Origin: a virus
Direction: 5' to 3' (one strand)
IMG/VR virus record: IMGVR_UViG_3300031576_000036
Location: 3,148-67,147 of that record
DNA length: 64,000 bases
Positions 56,130-64,000 of the stretch are shown piece after piece; the first letter of the stretch is position 1, and each line of letters begins with the position of its first letter. The position numbers and the translations under genes were made by a program. The notes under the pieces were generated by a model. That model was not told the origin of the DNA, ran no database searches, and was given only the letters and a program-made list of their open reading frames with translations.

Positions 56130-58322
56130 TTAAATGTAAGTAGGACGCATCACGCCCGCTCGTTCCTCTTCCAGTTTCGTAAAGTCCTTCGGATCGAACC
56201 GAGTCAGCCCTGGATAACCCTCTTTGAACGTAGCAAACTTAACCAACTTCTCTTGTTCCTCTTGCATCGAGCGCCATTGTGGGGTTTCGCCGCGATAAAT
56301 GTCAAGCTCGTGCAGCGTTACGAGTCCTATTCCGAGCGAGAACAGATCGTCGTCGTGAGCGGACTTGTCGTGTTCGAGTCGGATGTTGCGGGAGTTGTCG
56401 GATTCGTGAACGACGAAATCCCGCATTTCGTCTATCGTCCACGGAGAGTTGAGTTCGACGAACATTCCCTTCAAGAGCTTAAAGAGCCAGGAAGTCAGCA
56501 AGGGTCGAGTGCCGTGGCCACTCCCGGTTCCTGTCGTCTTCCAGCCTAGGTTGCCTATTTTGTTCCCGCTGAGATCGCGTTTGTCCGCCGTACGACGCAT
56601 ATAAAACCGCGTCCAACCTCGTTTGCGAACTTCGAGTAGGCAAGCGCCGCCATCGCTGGCGGTTTCAGGAGAGAACATCGGATAGGCCATTCCATTTTTG
56701 TAGGAGTTCCAAGTTGAGTAATAGTGGAGGAGCATTAGCGCAAAAGGCCACATCTCCAGCCCCCCAAGTTGGTCGGAGGCGAACGAAGCGACTTGGGAAG
56801 CGGCTTCCCCAAAGTCCCCTTTGCGGATCACTTGGAGCGAGGAGCGATCCCTTCCGATTCCTTCTGAAGCGTCTAGGCTAACCGCGTATTCTTTGTCTTC
56901 CCTCGGATATTCCCACACCCAAAGCGTGTTGAGATGAGAGTGAACACTGGAGTAGCCGGGGAATTTAATCGGGGTCCAAAGCCAATCCACTTCATCCCTA
57001 CCTCCCATCCATTTGACGTGAATACTCGGAGCGTCTTCTAGCTTCTCCTGCGCTTCCGCTCCGAGCCACGACGGGACTTCTGTGCCGGAGAGCTTAAACA
57101 CGCCTACGGGCTGCTTCAAGCGACTCTCATACTTTTGAATGAGTTGAATGGAGAACACAGATTTCGACCGCGACTGAAAACAACTCAAATCGTCGCTGGC
57201 GTATTCCGCCAAAAAGTCTCCCAACTTATCCTTCCGCTCCGCAAAGTCGTAGGAATACTCATACCACCACTGCGTTGCCAATGGCATCTCCCAATCCCTA
57301 CCCATCGCTTGCGCTAAGAAAGGATCAGACCGCACATACTCCTTCGCTTTCCGCGCGTGCTCTACAACGTAGTCCTTGGGCTTCCAGTCTTGAGGAATAG
57401 GAATCGCCGCCAGCCAACCATCAGTCGGATACAGGTTGTCAGAGATATAGTAGGGAAGGAAAAGCGGGCGCATTACCGATAATCCTTGTGGCCAGAGTTC
57501 TTTGTTCTCTTCCCATTTTGTATGCCAGTAATCGTGTCGGCCTCCAGCGGTAGATTCCATCACACCAAAATGCAATGAGGTTGGATGCCACGCGCCGAAC
57601 AGCGATGCGTCTACGATCAGTTCTGGTTTGTCGAAATTTGGAATCTCACTTAGGTGGAATAATTTTACCGTGTCGCCTCTCGAAATCCCCGTTCCCTGTG
57701 TGCCGTGCTGAATTGAGATGTAGGAGTTGCGGGAGTCACAGCGCAAGAAAATTTCGCCTGATTGATACTCTTTTACGTCCGGTGGAATGAGCCACCAAGG
57801 TTGCTTAGGCAAAGAGCGCGAGATCATCTCTGAGAGTAGCCACGATTTATCAGGATCACTACTGCCTATAACAGCGGCGCTATCAGGCACGAATAGCATT
57901 CGGTGCATTATCTTGCTAGTAGTGTCGGTCGTGCCTCCTCCCTGTCTGGCTTTAAGCAACTGCACCACAACAGGCTTTCCTTGCTCCTCCAATTCCGCTT
58001 GGGCGAGCGTCAACACCTGTTGGTATTTGTTTTGCTTGAAAGGCACGAGCGCCAGCGTCTCAGCGTGCCGCACGTAGTGGTAATTCTCGGCCCAATGCAA
58101 GTAATCCAGTCCGCACAACAACCTTTCGTTCGAGATGAACTGTTGTTCGTCTTTCGTGAGCGGACGTTGAAGTTCCACGACTCGTCGTTTGTCGTCGCGG
58201 ATAGCTAAGGACTCAAGGTGGGAGATGCAAGCCTGAATGTAGGCAGGGGTGTAATAGATCAGCGATTTACCATCGCTTTCTAACTGGGCTATTCGGTTGG
58301 CAACAACTTTTCTCGAATACAT
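56130..58322 (-). CDS. terL: terminase large subunit
   Basis: LLKARQGGGTT (Walker A), FHLSEI (Walker B), ESTAGG (motif C), SLDASEG and HDDDL nuclease acidic residues. Confidence 0.9.
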   Translation of the reverse strand: MYSRKVVANRIAQLESDGKSLIYYTPAYIQACISHLESLAIRDDKRRVVELQRPLTKDEQQFISNERLLCGLDYLHWAENYHYVRHAETLALVPFKQNKYQQVLTLAQAELEEQGKPVVVQLLKARQGGGTTDTTSKIMHRMLFVPDSAAVIGSSDPDKSWLLSEMISRSLPKQPWWLIPPDVKEYQSGEIFLRCDSRNSYISIQHGTQGTGISRGDTVKLFHLSEIPNFDKPELIVDASLFGAWHPTSLHFGVMESTAGGRHDYWHTKWEENKELWPQGLSVMRPLFLPYYISDNLYPTDGWLAAIPIPQDWKPKDYVVEHARKAKEYVRSDPFLAQAMGRDWEMPLATQWWYEYSYDFAERKDKLGDFLAEYASDDLSCFQSRSKSVFSIQLIQKYESRLKQPVGVFKLSGTEVPSWLGAEAQEKLEDAPSIHVKWMGGRDEVDWLWTPIKFPGYSSVHSHLNTLWVWEYPREDKEYAVSLDASEGIGRDRSSLQVIRKGDFGEAASQVASFASDQLGGLEMWPFALMLLHYYSTWNSYKNGMAYPMFSPETASDGGACLLEVRKRGWTRFYMRRTADKRDLSGNKIGNLGWKTTGTGSGHGTRPLLTSWLFKLLKGMFVELNSPWTIDEMRDFVVHESDNSRNIRLEHDKSAHDDDLFSLGIGLVTLHELDIYRGETPQWRSMQEEQEKLVKFATFKEGYPGLTRFDPKDFTKLEEERAGVMRPTYI

Positions 58323-59047
58323 TCTTCTTCCACGATCTCGGCTTCTATCACGGGGGCTTCCGGCAACGCTTTTACCTCTCTCCCATTCAACGCCTTTGTG
58401 AGCACCTTATCCGTCTCTTCCCACTGTGGCAACCCCATCGCAAGGTTATTGGTGACGTTCTGTTGGTTGACGTTCACAACCGTCCCAGGGCCTTCTTGGA
58501 TCAACCCTCCTGCCTTCATCAGCAGTTGTCGGTCGTTGAAGCCGTGGCGTTCGCCTTCGACGGCTTGGCGAATGGAAGCGTCCACGACGGAGTTCATCTG
58601 CAATTGCAACCGGATTTTCGCGGCTTCGAGTCCATACCAATAGATAGCTTTACAAAGGTCCCCTACGAAGTCCTCGTAGGGAAGTTTGGCCAGGTCGCAA
58701 GCCTGTTCCAACGAGGGTTCTCGGAATTCCTCGGTAGGAAATAGTTGTTGCTGATGCAAATCCTCCCACGCAAGGGCGAACTTGCGCAGCGAGTCGTATC
58801 TGTGCGCGCCCATCCGCGCGAGCAATATAATCGCTTCGATCCCGGAGCGCCCTTGGACGATAAGGCCGTCGAAGAGAGGAAAGAGGTGTTCGCTGAGGGG
58901 GACGTGGGTGATGGGCAATGGGGGTTGGTCAGACTTTGGGATGTTTTTAACAATAGTCGCTGCGGAAGCGCCTTCCCCATTCGTAACCGGAATATGAATT
59001 TCGTATTCCCCAAGTTGCAATTTAGTCCCGAATTTCTTTCTCGGCAT
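58289..59047 (-). CDS. putative terminase small subunit
   Basis: overlaps the terL start; helical, with VNVNQQN strand and IEAEIV C-terminus. Confidence 0.55.
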   Translation of the reverse strand: MPRKKFGTKLQLGEYEIHIPVTNGEGASAATIVKNIPKSDQPPLPITHVPLSEHLFPLFDGLIVQGRSGIEAIILLARMGAHRYDSLRKFALAWEDLHQQQLFPTEEFREPSLEQACDLAKLPYEDFVGDLCKAIYWYGLEAAKIRLQLQMNSVVDASIRQAVEGERHGFNDRQLLMKAGGLIQEGPGTVVNVNQQNVTNNLAMGLPQWEETDKVLTKALNGREVKALPEAPVIEAEIVEEECIREKLLPTE

Positions 59048-59050
59048 CCC

Positions 59051-59632
59051 TTACAACCTCCCCCACTGCTTCGCCATTGCGTTCGCAATCCCCTGATAGG
59101 TACGACTGCGATTTTTCCATCTCTCCTGCGACGGCGGCTCCAAGTGAACCCTTGCGACTCTCCCGGACACTATTTTGCTCGGTTTCAACTCAGGAAGCCC
59201 TTTCAACCACAAACAAGTCGCCTTTGTTTCTCCGTGCCCGAATTGCCACGGCTGGATTATTTGGCTATATGTTTGTTTAATCAACGTGCGCGCGTGGCTG
59301 TGCATTATGGGATTTTCAATGGCAATCAGCGGAATGGGCGCAGCCAGCAACTCCACGAAAAACTGCGCTGCCTTGTGCATTGCGCGCCATCGAGCTTTCC
59401 CATTTACCTTATCGTAAAGATGCCGTACCCCAGAGTTGCACAGATAAGTACAAGGCGGATGCGCAGTCAGCAGGTCCCATTTTCCCGGTCGAATAATATG
59501 AAACACGTCTCCCATTATGTGATTACCCGGAATCTCTGAGGGCAGTAGATCGCAACTCCAGGCATCGTGTCCTAGGCGCGCGAAGGCTTCTCGAACAATC
59601 CCGCTAAACTCGCAAGCTACCAATACTCTCAT
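59051..59632 (-). CDS. short DNA cytosine methyltransferase-like protein
   Basis: MRVLVACEFSG, WSCDL, AHPPCTYL (PC motif), IENP, QPWQFG..ETKATCLWL, RSRTY.GIA.AMA.QWG. Confidence 0.8.
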   Translation of the reverse strand: MRVLVACEFSGIVREAFARLGHDAWSCDLLPSEIPGNHIMGDVFHIIRPGKWDLLTAHPPCTYLCNSGVRHLYDKVNGKARWRAMHKAAQFFVELLAAPIPLIAIENPIMHSHARTLIKQTYSQIIQPWQFGHGETKATCLWLKGLPELKPSKIVSGRVARVHLEPPSQERWKNRSRTYQGIANAMAKQWGRL

Positions 59633-59746
59633 TCTTTTACCTTCACCGTTGATTGCTGCCTTCCCTCCCGCTTCGCCCACACTCTTCGTCCTCGCCTAGT
59701 CGCCGCCGTGAGTCCCTGGGGTCGGCGCTTATACATCCCTTTACGT

Positions 59747-60094
59747 CTAGTCGTTACCGTGGAGATTTTTGAGTTGTTTGCCATCGTCGTATCGTAGCCC
59801 CTCCATCATTTTCTCGACTTCCTCTGGTCCATAAATTTCCAAGAGTTCCAGCAATGTGGCTTCAGTCTCATCCCCTGCCGCGCGCTTCCAGTCTTCGTCC
59901 TGACGCTTCTCAGGGTTGAAGTGGATGACGGCATCTGTGCCCAATGGCGCTCTCCGGTCGAACTTCTCAAGTTTGCTGCCTTCTTCCTGCGCGCGTCTAA
60001 GCAAATCAAGCTCTCCAACCAAATGCCGGTTGATTATGGTGTTGATGCCAATCCGAATCGCTCGTAGCTCCAAGAGAATGTCTTTGAGAATCAT
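59747..60094 (-). CDS. hypothetical protein
   Basis: ORF in tightly packed operon. Confidence 0.6.
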   Translation of the reverse strand: MILKDILLELRAIRIGINTIINRHLVGELDLLRRAQEEGSKLEKFDRRAPLGTDAVIHFNPEKRQDEDWKRAAGDETEATLLELLEIYGPEEVEKMMEGLRYDDGKQLKNLHGND

Positions 60095-60104
60095 AGCAGG
60101 TACG

Positions 60105-60317
60105 CTACCCCTTGTATAACTTCGCCCTCACCGCCGCATCCTTAGCTTCAAGCAACTTCCTGAGCGCAACTGTTCGCTCCGGGTTCCTTGGCAGTTCCGC
60201 AACGAGCTTCTTCGCCAACTCTCCAAATGGCTTGCTTACTTCCTGCAAGTCCGAGGGAAGATGATCGTAGGCGAAAAATTGTTGAATAGGTTCATATTTG
60301 ATTTCTTCGTCAGCCAT
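60105..60317 (-). CDS. small helical-hairpin phage protein
   Basis: AAGGAG RBS; QFFAYDHLP...ERTVALRKLLEAKDAAVRA. Confidence 0.7.
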   Translation of the reverse strand: MADEEIKYEPIQQFFAYDHLPSDLQEVSKPFGELAKKLVAELPRNPERTVALRKLLEAKDAAVRAKLYKG

Positions 60318-60937
60318 TACTTCTGTTCTCCTTTGTTTGCAAACTGTTTCTGAACCGCCCCCTTCTGCGCTCCCGTAGCCACTTTCGGCTTATCGTGCAA
60401 TAACGCTTCTCCCTTCGACCCTGTGTGCGCGATTCTCGTCGGCGTCGGCACTGGAAGATCGTTCATTATTCGTATTGCGTCCGGGGGGATTTCGTCGCAA
60501 TTGAACTTTTCACCAAATCCGCAGTCCCGCTCTAAGGCTGCGTTGGTGATTAGAAAGGCTATCTCCCCGGAAATTCCTCTGCCTTCTTCTTGGGGAAACT
60601 GCGCAATACTGAAAGCAAACGTCACATTGCAAATATCCATTCCTCCACTCTCGCCTCCCCCACGTAACGAAAGCCTCCACGTCACGTCCGCCTTCGGAAA
60701 TCCCACTACGTCGCTGCATAAGCTGGCGTGTTTGGAGAGTTCGTTGTCTATGGTTTTGGCGATGTGGACTTGGGCGCTTTCGGCGATCTCGGCCTCCGCT
60801 AACGCGCGCTTTACTTTAATCCCTAGCAGTTCTCGGAGTTCGTTCCCGTTGAGGGGGTTGTAGATTTTCCCCGCTACCGCCGCTTCTTCCGCGCGGGGTT
60901 TCGAGTCGGGTTGTTCACTTACTTTTGTTGGGATCAT
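60317..60937 (-). CDS. hypothetical protein
   Basis: AGGAG RBS, operon packing. Confidence 0.65.
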   Translation of the reverse strand: MIPTKVSEQPDSKPRAEEAAVAGKIYNPLNGNELRELLGIKVKRALAEAEIAESAQVHIAKTIDNELSKHASLCSDVVGFPKADVTWRLSLRGGGESGGMDICNVTFAFSIAQFPQEEGRGISGEIAFLITNAALERDCGFGEKFNCDEIPPDAIRIMNDLPVPTPTRIAHTGSKGEALLHDKPKVATGAQKGAVQKQFANKGEQK

Positions 60938-60940
60938 ATC

Positions 60941-61255
60941 TCAGTCGTTCTCCTGTTCTTTGGTTAGCCAGTTTGCATCTTTGATCTCAATTGAGCGATC
61001 CGTTGGCGCAGGAACTTTGTTTATGCTGATGTTTGTAACCTGCACGGCTAGGCTCGGCGCGCTCGCTACTCCGTTTTCGCGTATGGAAATCGGAACAATA
61101 TTAAAATTCATCCCCAATTCCCAATGCCCATCCTCGCAGCCGCATTCGCTGGCTAGGAGTTCGGTGAGGGCTTTGATGGTAAAGTCGTATTTGACGGTTG
61201 GTGTCATATTTCTAGCAACCTCCGATTGTGAAATCGCCTCGAATGTGGACGCCAT
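60941..61255 (-). CDS. hypothetical protein
   Basis: ORF in operon; start codon uncertain. Confidence 0.55.
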   Translation of the reverse strand: MASTFEAISQSEVARNMTPTVKYDFTIKALTELLASECGCEDGHWELGMNFNIVPISIRENGVASAPSLAVQVTNISINKVPAPTDRSIEIKDANWLTKEQEND

Positions 61256-61863
61256 AGCAATTTCAATTTCTCACGTTCGCTGGGGGAAGTGACTTCCTCC
61301 CACTTCACATCTTTGACCTTGTGGTTATTATGCCACACTTTCTCGTCAATGTTCGCCCGCCACCAACGCCATAGTAGTGTGAACCACTCCCGTCGCGGCA
61401 ACACCCTCGCCCTCCGCACGTCCATCCTCTCCCAATCCTGCCAAGTCGTATAATGAACGCCGATCTCCCTCGCAATTTCACTCGTGGGTGTTCGCATCAC
61501 GACGGCTCGAAAGTATTGCATCCAAGCCTTGAACAGCTTTTGCTTGGGGGTGAGAATGCTAGCTTTTGCAACTATCGCCGTCGTGTGCTTTCGCTCTCCG
61601 GCTAGGGTCCGTACTCGTTGCGCTCGCTTCACGTCTGCTCGGTCCCGCTCTACCAGAGCTTGTTCGAGAGTCCACAACAGCGCGTCTTGTTGCATATAAC
61701 GAAAGGGGATGTCTATGGAGTTTGCGCGTTGGCCGCTCTTGAGACATAAGCGCGCGAGGGTGCCCTCGATTCCGCGCTCAGGTAACAATAGAAGTAAGTC
61801 GCGGCGCTCGGAGAACGTCGTGGCTTTGTATTTGTGTGGAAGTTGGAGGTCGAGGTAGAGCAT
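61204..61863 (-). CDS. HTH DNA-binding protein
   Basis: PTSEIAREIGVHYTTWQDWE XRE-like HTH; ATG 61863 just after the upstream stop. Confidence 0.6.
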   Translation of the reverse strand: MLYLDLQLPHKYKATTFSERRDLLLLLPERGIEGTLARLCLKSGQRANSIDIPFRYMQQDALLWTLEQALVERDRADVKRAQRVRTLAGERKHTTAIVAKASILTPKQKLFKAWMQYFRAVVMRTPTSEIAREIGVHYTTWQDWERMDVRRARVLPRREWFTLLWRWWRANIDEKVWHNNHKVKDVKWEEVTSPSEREKLKLLWRPHSRRFHNRRLLEI

Positions 61864-61865
61864 TT

Positions 61866-62771
61866 TTAAAGTCCGTGCCTCTCCAAAATCTCGCGTATCT
61901 CCGGCTTGTCCCTTCGCATCAACGCAACAACCTCTGGATTGTGGTTCCCCGGCGAGGGCAACCAACCTCCTTCCGTAATCCCCGCCAGCAACAAGTTCAT
62001 CCCCTTCGGCCCCCGCGATCCATTGTATGCTCTTGCCTCCGGGTCCAGCCAGGTTCCCTCGCTATCAAATAAATTCCCGGCGCTATCCACAAATACTACT
62101 TGTTCCAAAAGCAAGCCAGAGATTCCGTAGTTTGTTCTCAAATTATCCAGCAGTTCTTCCCGCACTTCAGATTCAACATCCGTCAAAAACATAACCGGTT
62201 CGCACGGATGCGACGCGAACACCGAATGGGTCTTGTGTTGTTGGTCAATGAGGGCGATCAGTTTCATTTGACCCGCGACTTGTTTGGAGGCTTGGCGGCG
62301 TTCGTAGATTTTGGCCGCTTGCGCTTCCGGGGTTAGCGGCGCGTTTGCAACTGAAGGCTCATCCGCGAATTCTACCTGAGGTTCCCGCGCTTCTTGTTTC
62401 CGCAGCTTCTTAGACTTCTCGTATAGCCTCTCTGTCCCTGGAGCAAACACCACCATAAAAGGATCGCTATAGCCGAGTTCGCAAGCGTTTATGAACATCT
62501 CAAACGCGCGACGAGCGATGGAGGATTTGCTTACGCCGAATTGTTTTGAGAATTTTGTGAGCTTTTCGTTAAGCCCCGTTGGAAGGTAGAGGGAGGTTAT
62601 TTTGCTGCCCTTGGTGGACGGCCCTTGGAAGCGATTTCCGGCGTGCGTATTGTTAGCCGCCGCGATTACCTCCGGGTCTTCTCCCAGACGCTCGGCTACC
62701 TCAGCGATTGCAATCGAGGACATTCTGCCGCGAGAGGGTTTGTTGACTGGATTCTTGGAATGGTTTGCCAT
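61866..62771 (-). CDS. ribbon-helix-helix (CopG/Arc-like) domain regulator
   Basis: KITSLYLPTGLNEKLTKFSKQFGVSKSSIARRAFEMFI; first gene after a strong promoter. Confidence 0.7.
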   Translation of the reverse strand: MANHSKNPVNKPSRGRMSSIAIAEVAERLGEDPEVIAAANNTHAGNRFQGPSTKGSKITSLYLPTGLNEKLTKFSKQFGVSKSSIARRAFEMFINACELGYSDPFMVVFAPGTERLYEKSKKLRKQEAREPQVEFADEPSVANAPLTPEAQAAKIYERRQASKQVAGQMKLIALIDQQHKTHSVFASHPCEPVMFLTDVESEVREELLDNLRTNYGISGLLLEQVVFVDSAGNLFDSEGTWLDPEARAYNGSRGPKGMNLLLAGITEGGWLPSPGNHNPEVVALMRRDKPEIREILERHGL

Positions 62772-62781
62772 AACGATGAGG

Positions 62782-62810
62782 ATTGTAGACGGACAAGGTG
62801 GGGTTGTCAA
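62782..62810 (-). promoter_or_regulatory. near-consensus sigma70 promoter, nearly leaderless transcript
   Basis: minus strand TTGACA, 17-nt spacer, TACAAT; ATG 10 nt after the -10 box. Confidence 0.8.
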
Positions 62811-64000
62811 GGGTATATTTAGGTTTTAGGGATAAATAAGTAGAAAGTGGAGGGGAAATAGGATAAAAGTGAAGTACAAATTGTGTATAAAGTAAATGGA
62901 ATATAGCTAGGTTCTAGTATGTGAGGGTATATGTAAGATATGTGGGGTTGTGTGGATTTATTAGAACGCGCGAGGTGTGTGGCCGTAAGTCCTTTTATTT
63001 CCCCGATATGTATACATATCTGACGCTCTCCGATCCAAATATAGACCCAAATATGTTTTTTTTTATAAGTGTGTAAGAGAGAATGCGGTGGGGAGGGGAT
63101 ATAAGTCGGTCGGTAGGGTTGAGATATTTATACATATACCAGTGGTGAAGGTGCAGGAGGTTACGAGGAGGTTAGAATTTGGCAATAAAGGCAGAGTTTG
63201 GGAGTGGGTTGGTTAGAAAGGAAGGCGTGCTAATGTACTACTTAGGAGTTGCTTGCAGGATCAGATGTAAATATGAATAGACTTATTGTAGGATATTAGG
63301 TATATTGGGGTTGTAGGTTTACTATGGAGGAAATATGGAGGAAATATATGTTTAAGGATTTTATGACTTTGGCGCAATTGGAGTTGGCCGGGTTTGAGTT
63401 AGTGAATGAAACATTGGCTAAGCATCCTAAGTATGAGAGTTATCGTCGTAGGTGTAAAGGGTGTGGGTTGTGGATCAAGAGTTCGTTGCATAATGGGGAA
63501 TGTAATAGGTGTTTTGATAAGGAGAATAAGATGACGAGGAAGGGGGATAGTGCGTTGTACAGAGGGCAATAGTAAGTAAGGGCGCTAAGAGGCTATATGA
63601 ATAACGCTAATAAGCTATATTGCGCAATCTAATTATTAAAGAATTAGTAGTTAAGACCTGGATTATTAGCTCCAGTAGCAACGGCGACGCAGGCCGGAAG
63701 TGACTTCCGGGAATGGAGCTACAATAAATAATATTAAAAGTAATACTAATGCCTTGGGGTCGCGAGAGTGCCCGACCGTTGCACGCTGAAATTTGTCGGT
63801 TCACGTTAGATATTATAAGCATAATATAGTAATAAATATTATTTATAGTAGTATTAGTATACATAGTAGTAATAAAAAAAAACCAGCCTAGACAGTAAAA
63901 AAAATCACAAAAGGAGAAAACTACCCCTGTCGAATGAGAAAAAAGTTCGGGTGGCCGCTTATAAAATATAGGATAGAGGAAAAAAATAATATGTGTGGCC
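62811..64000. other. AT-rich, strand-skewed, largely non-coding region (control region, origin or genome end)
   Basis: abrupt drop in GC, very few C on the + strand over about 62.8-63.6 kb, TAA/TAG-rich tracts. Confidence 0.6.
63324..63572 (+). CDS. small Cys-containing hypothetical protein
   Basis: repeated GGAGG RBS-ATG; CKGC and CNRC motifs; start could be 63336 or 63348. Confidence 0.45.
   Translation: MEEIWRKYMFKDFMTLAQLELAGFELVNETLAKHPKYESYRRRCKGCGLWIKSSLHNGECNRCFDKENKMTRKGDSALYRGQ

Larger units (their letters stand above)
1560..63708. repeat. dispersed 13-bp palindrome GGAAGYNRCTTCC (at least 32 exact copies)
   Basis: exact copies start at 1560, 2550, 6262, 7347, 9139, 11194, 12066, 14511, 16369, 16461, 17204, 19706, 21149, 23361, 25749, 28774, 30141, 31593, 32716, 35429, 36572, 37361, 40660, 45194, 46904, 48647, 51179, 51923, 54731, 56796, 61285, 63696. 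Confidence 0.95.

Noticed and set aside
59051-59632. Methyltransferase as the cause of the palindrome enrichment
   Set aside because: The 13-bp site is far longer than typical C5-MTase targets and nothing in the sequence links them; not excluded experimentally.
1560-63708. CRISPR array or REP/MITE interpretation of the palindromes
   Set aside because: Copies are only 13 bp, kilobases apart and embedded in coding frames, with no spacers, shared flanks, target-site duplications or cas operon.

Overview
This window looks like most of the genome of a tailed dsDNA phage, probably podovirus-like with a Gram-negative host; no integrase, host genes or endolysin were recognised. It has two converging arms. 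The + strand arm (about 0.7-20.3 kb) carries early and replication genes: a ParB-like protein, an FGE/CLec-fold protein, an MCM-like ATPase, a PD-(D/E)XK nuclease, a Sak4-like ATPase, an SSB-like protein, a PIF1-like helicase, MazG, and a UDG-PolA fusion polymerase with an intein. The - strand arm (about 62.8-20.6 kb) carries regulators, a C5-methyltransferase, terminase, portal, scaffold, capsid, tail, fibre and internal virion proteins, and three free-standing HNH genes. Most notable observations: (1) the 13-bp palindrome GGAAGYNRCTTCC occurs at least 32 times exactly, spread through the genome and mostly inside genes, in a phage that encodes a ParB-type HTH protein but no ParA; (2) the polymerase intein hides an intact HNH endonuclease in the +1 frame; (3) the PolA active site has unusual paired substitutions; (4) there are several structured ncRNA candidates, including two tandem tRNA-like elements; (5) there is a DGR-type variable region with no RT or template repeat; (6) several fibre-like proteins carry signal peptides, and one ORF fuses a holin-like segment to a beta-barrel. 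All assignments come from manual motif reading, not database searches.
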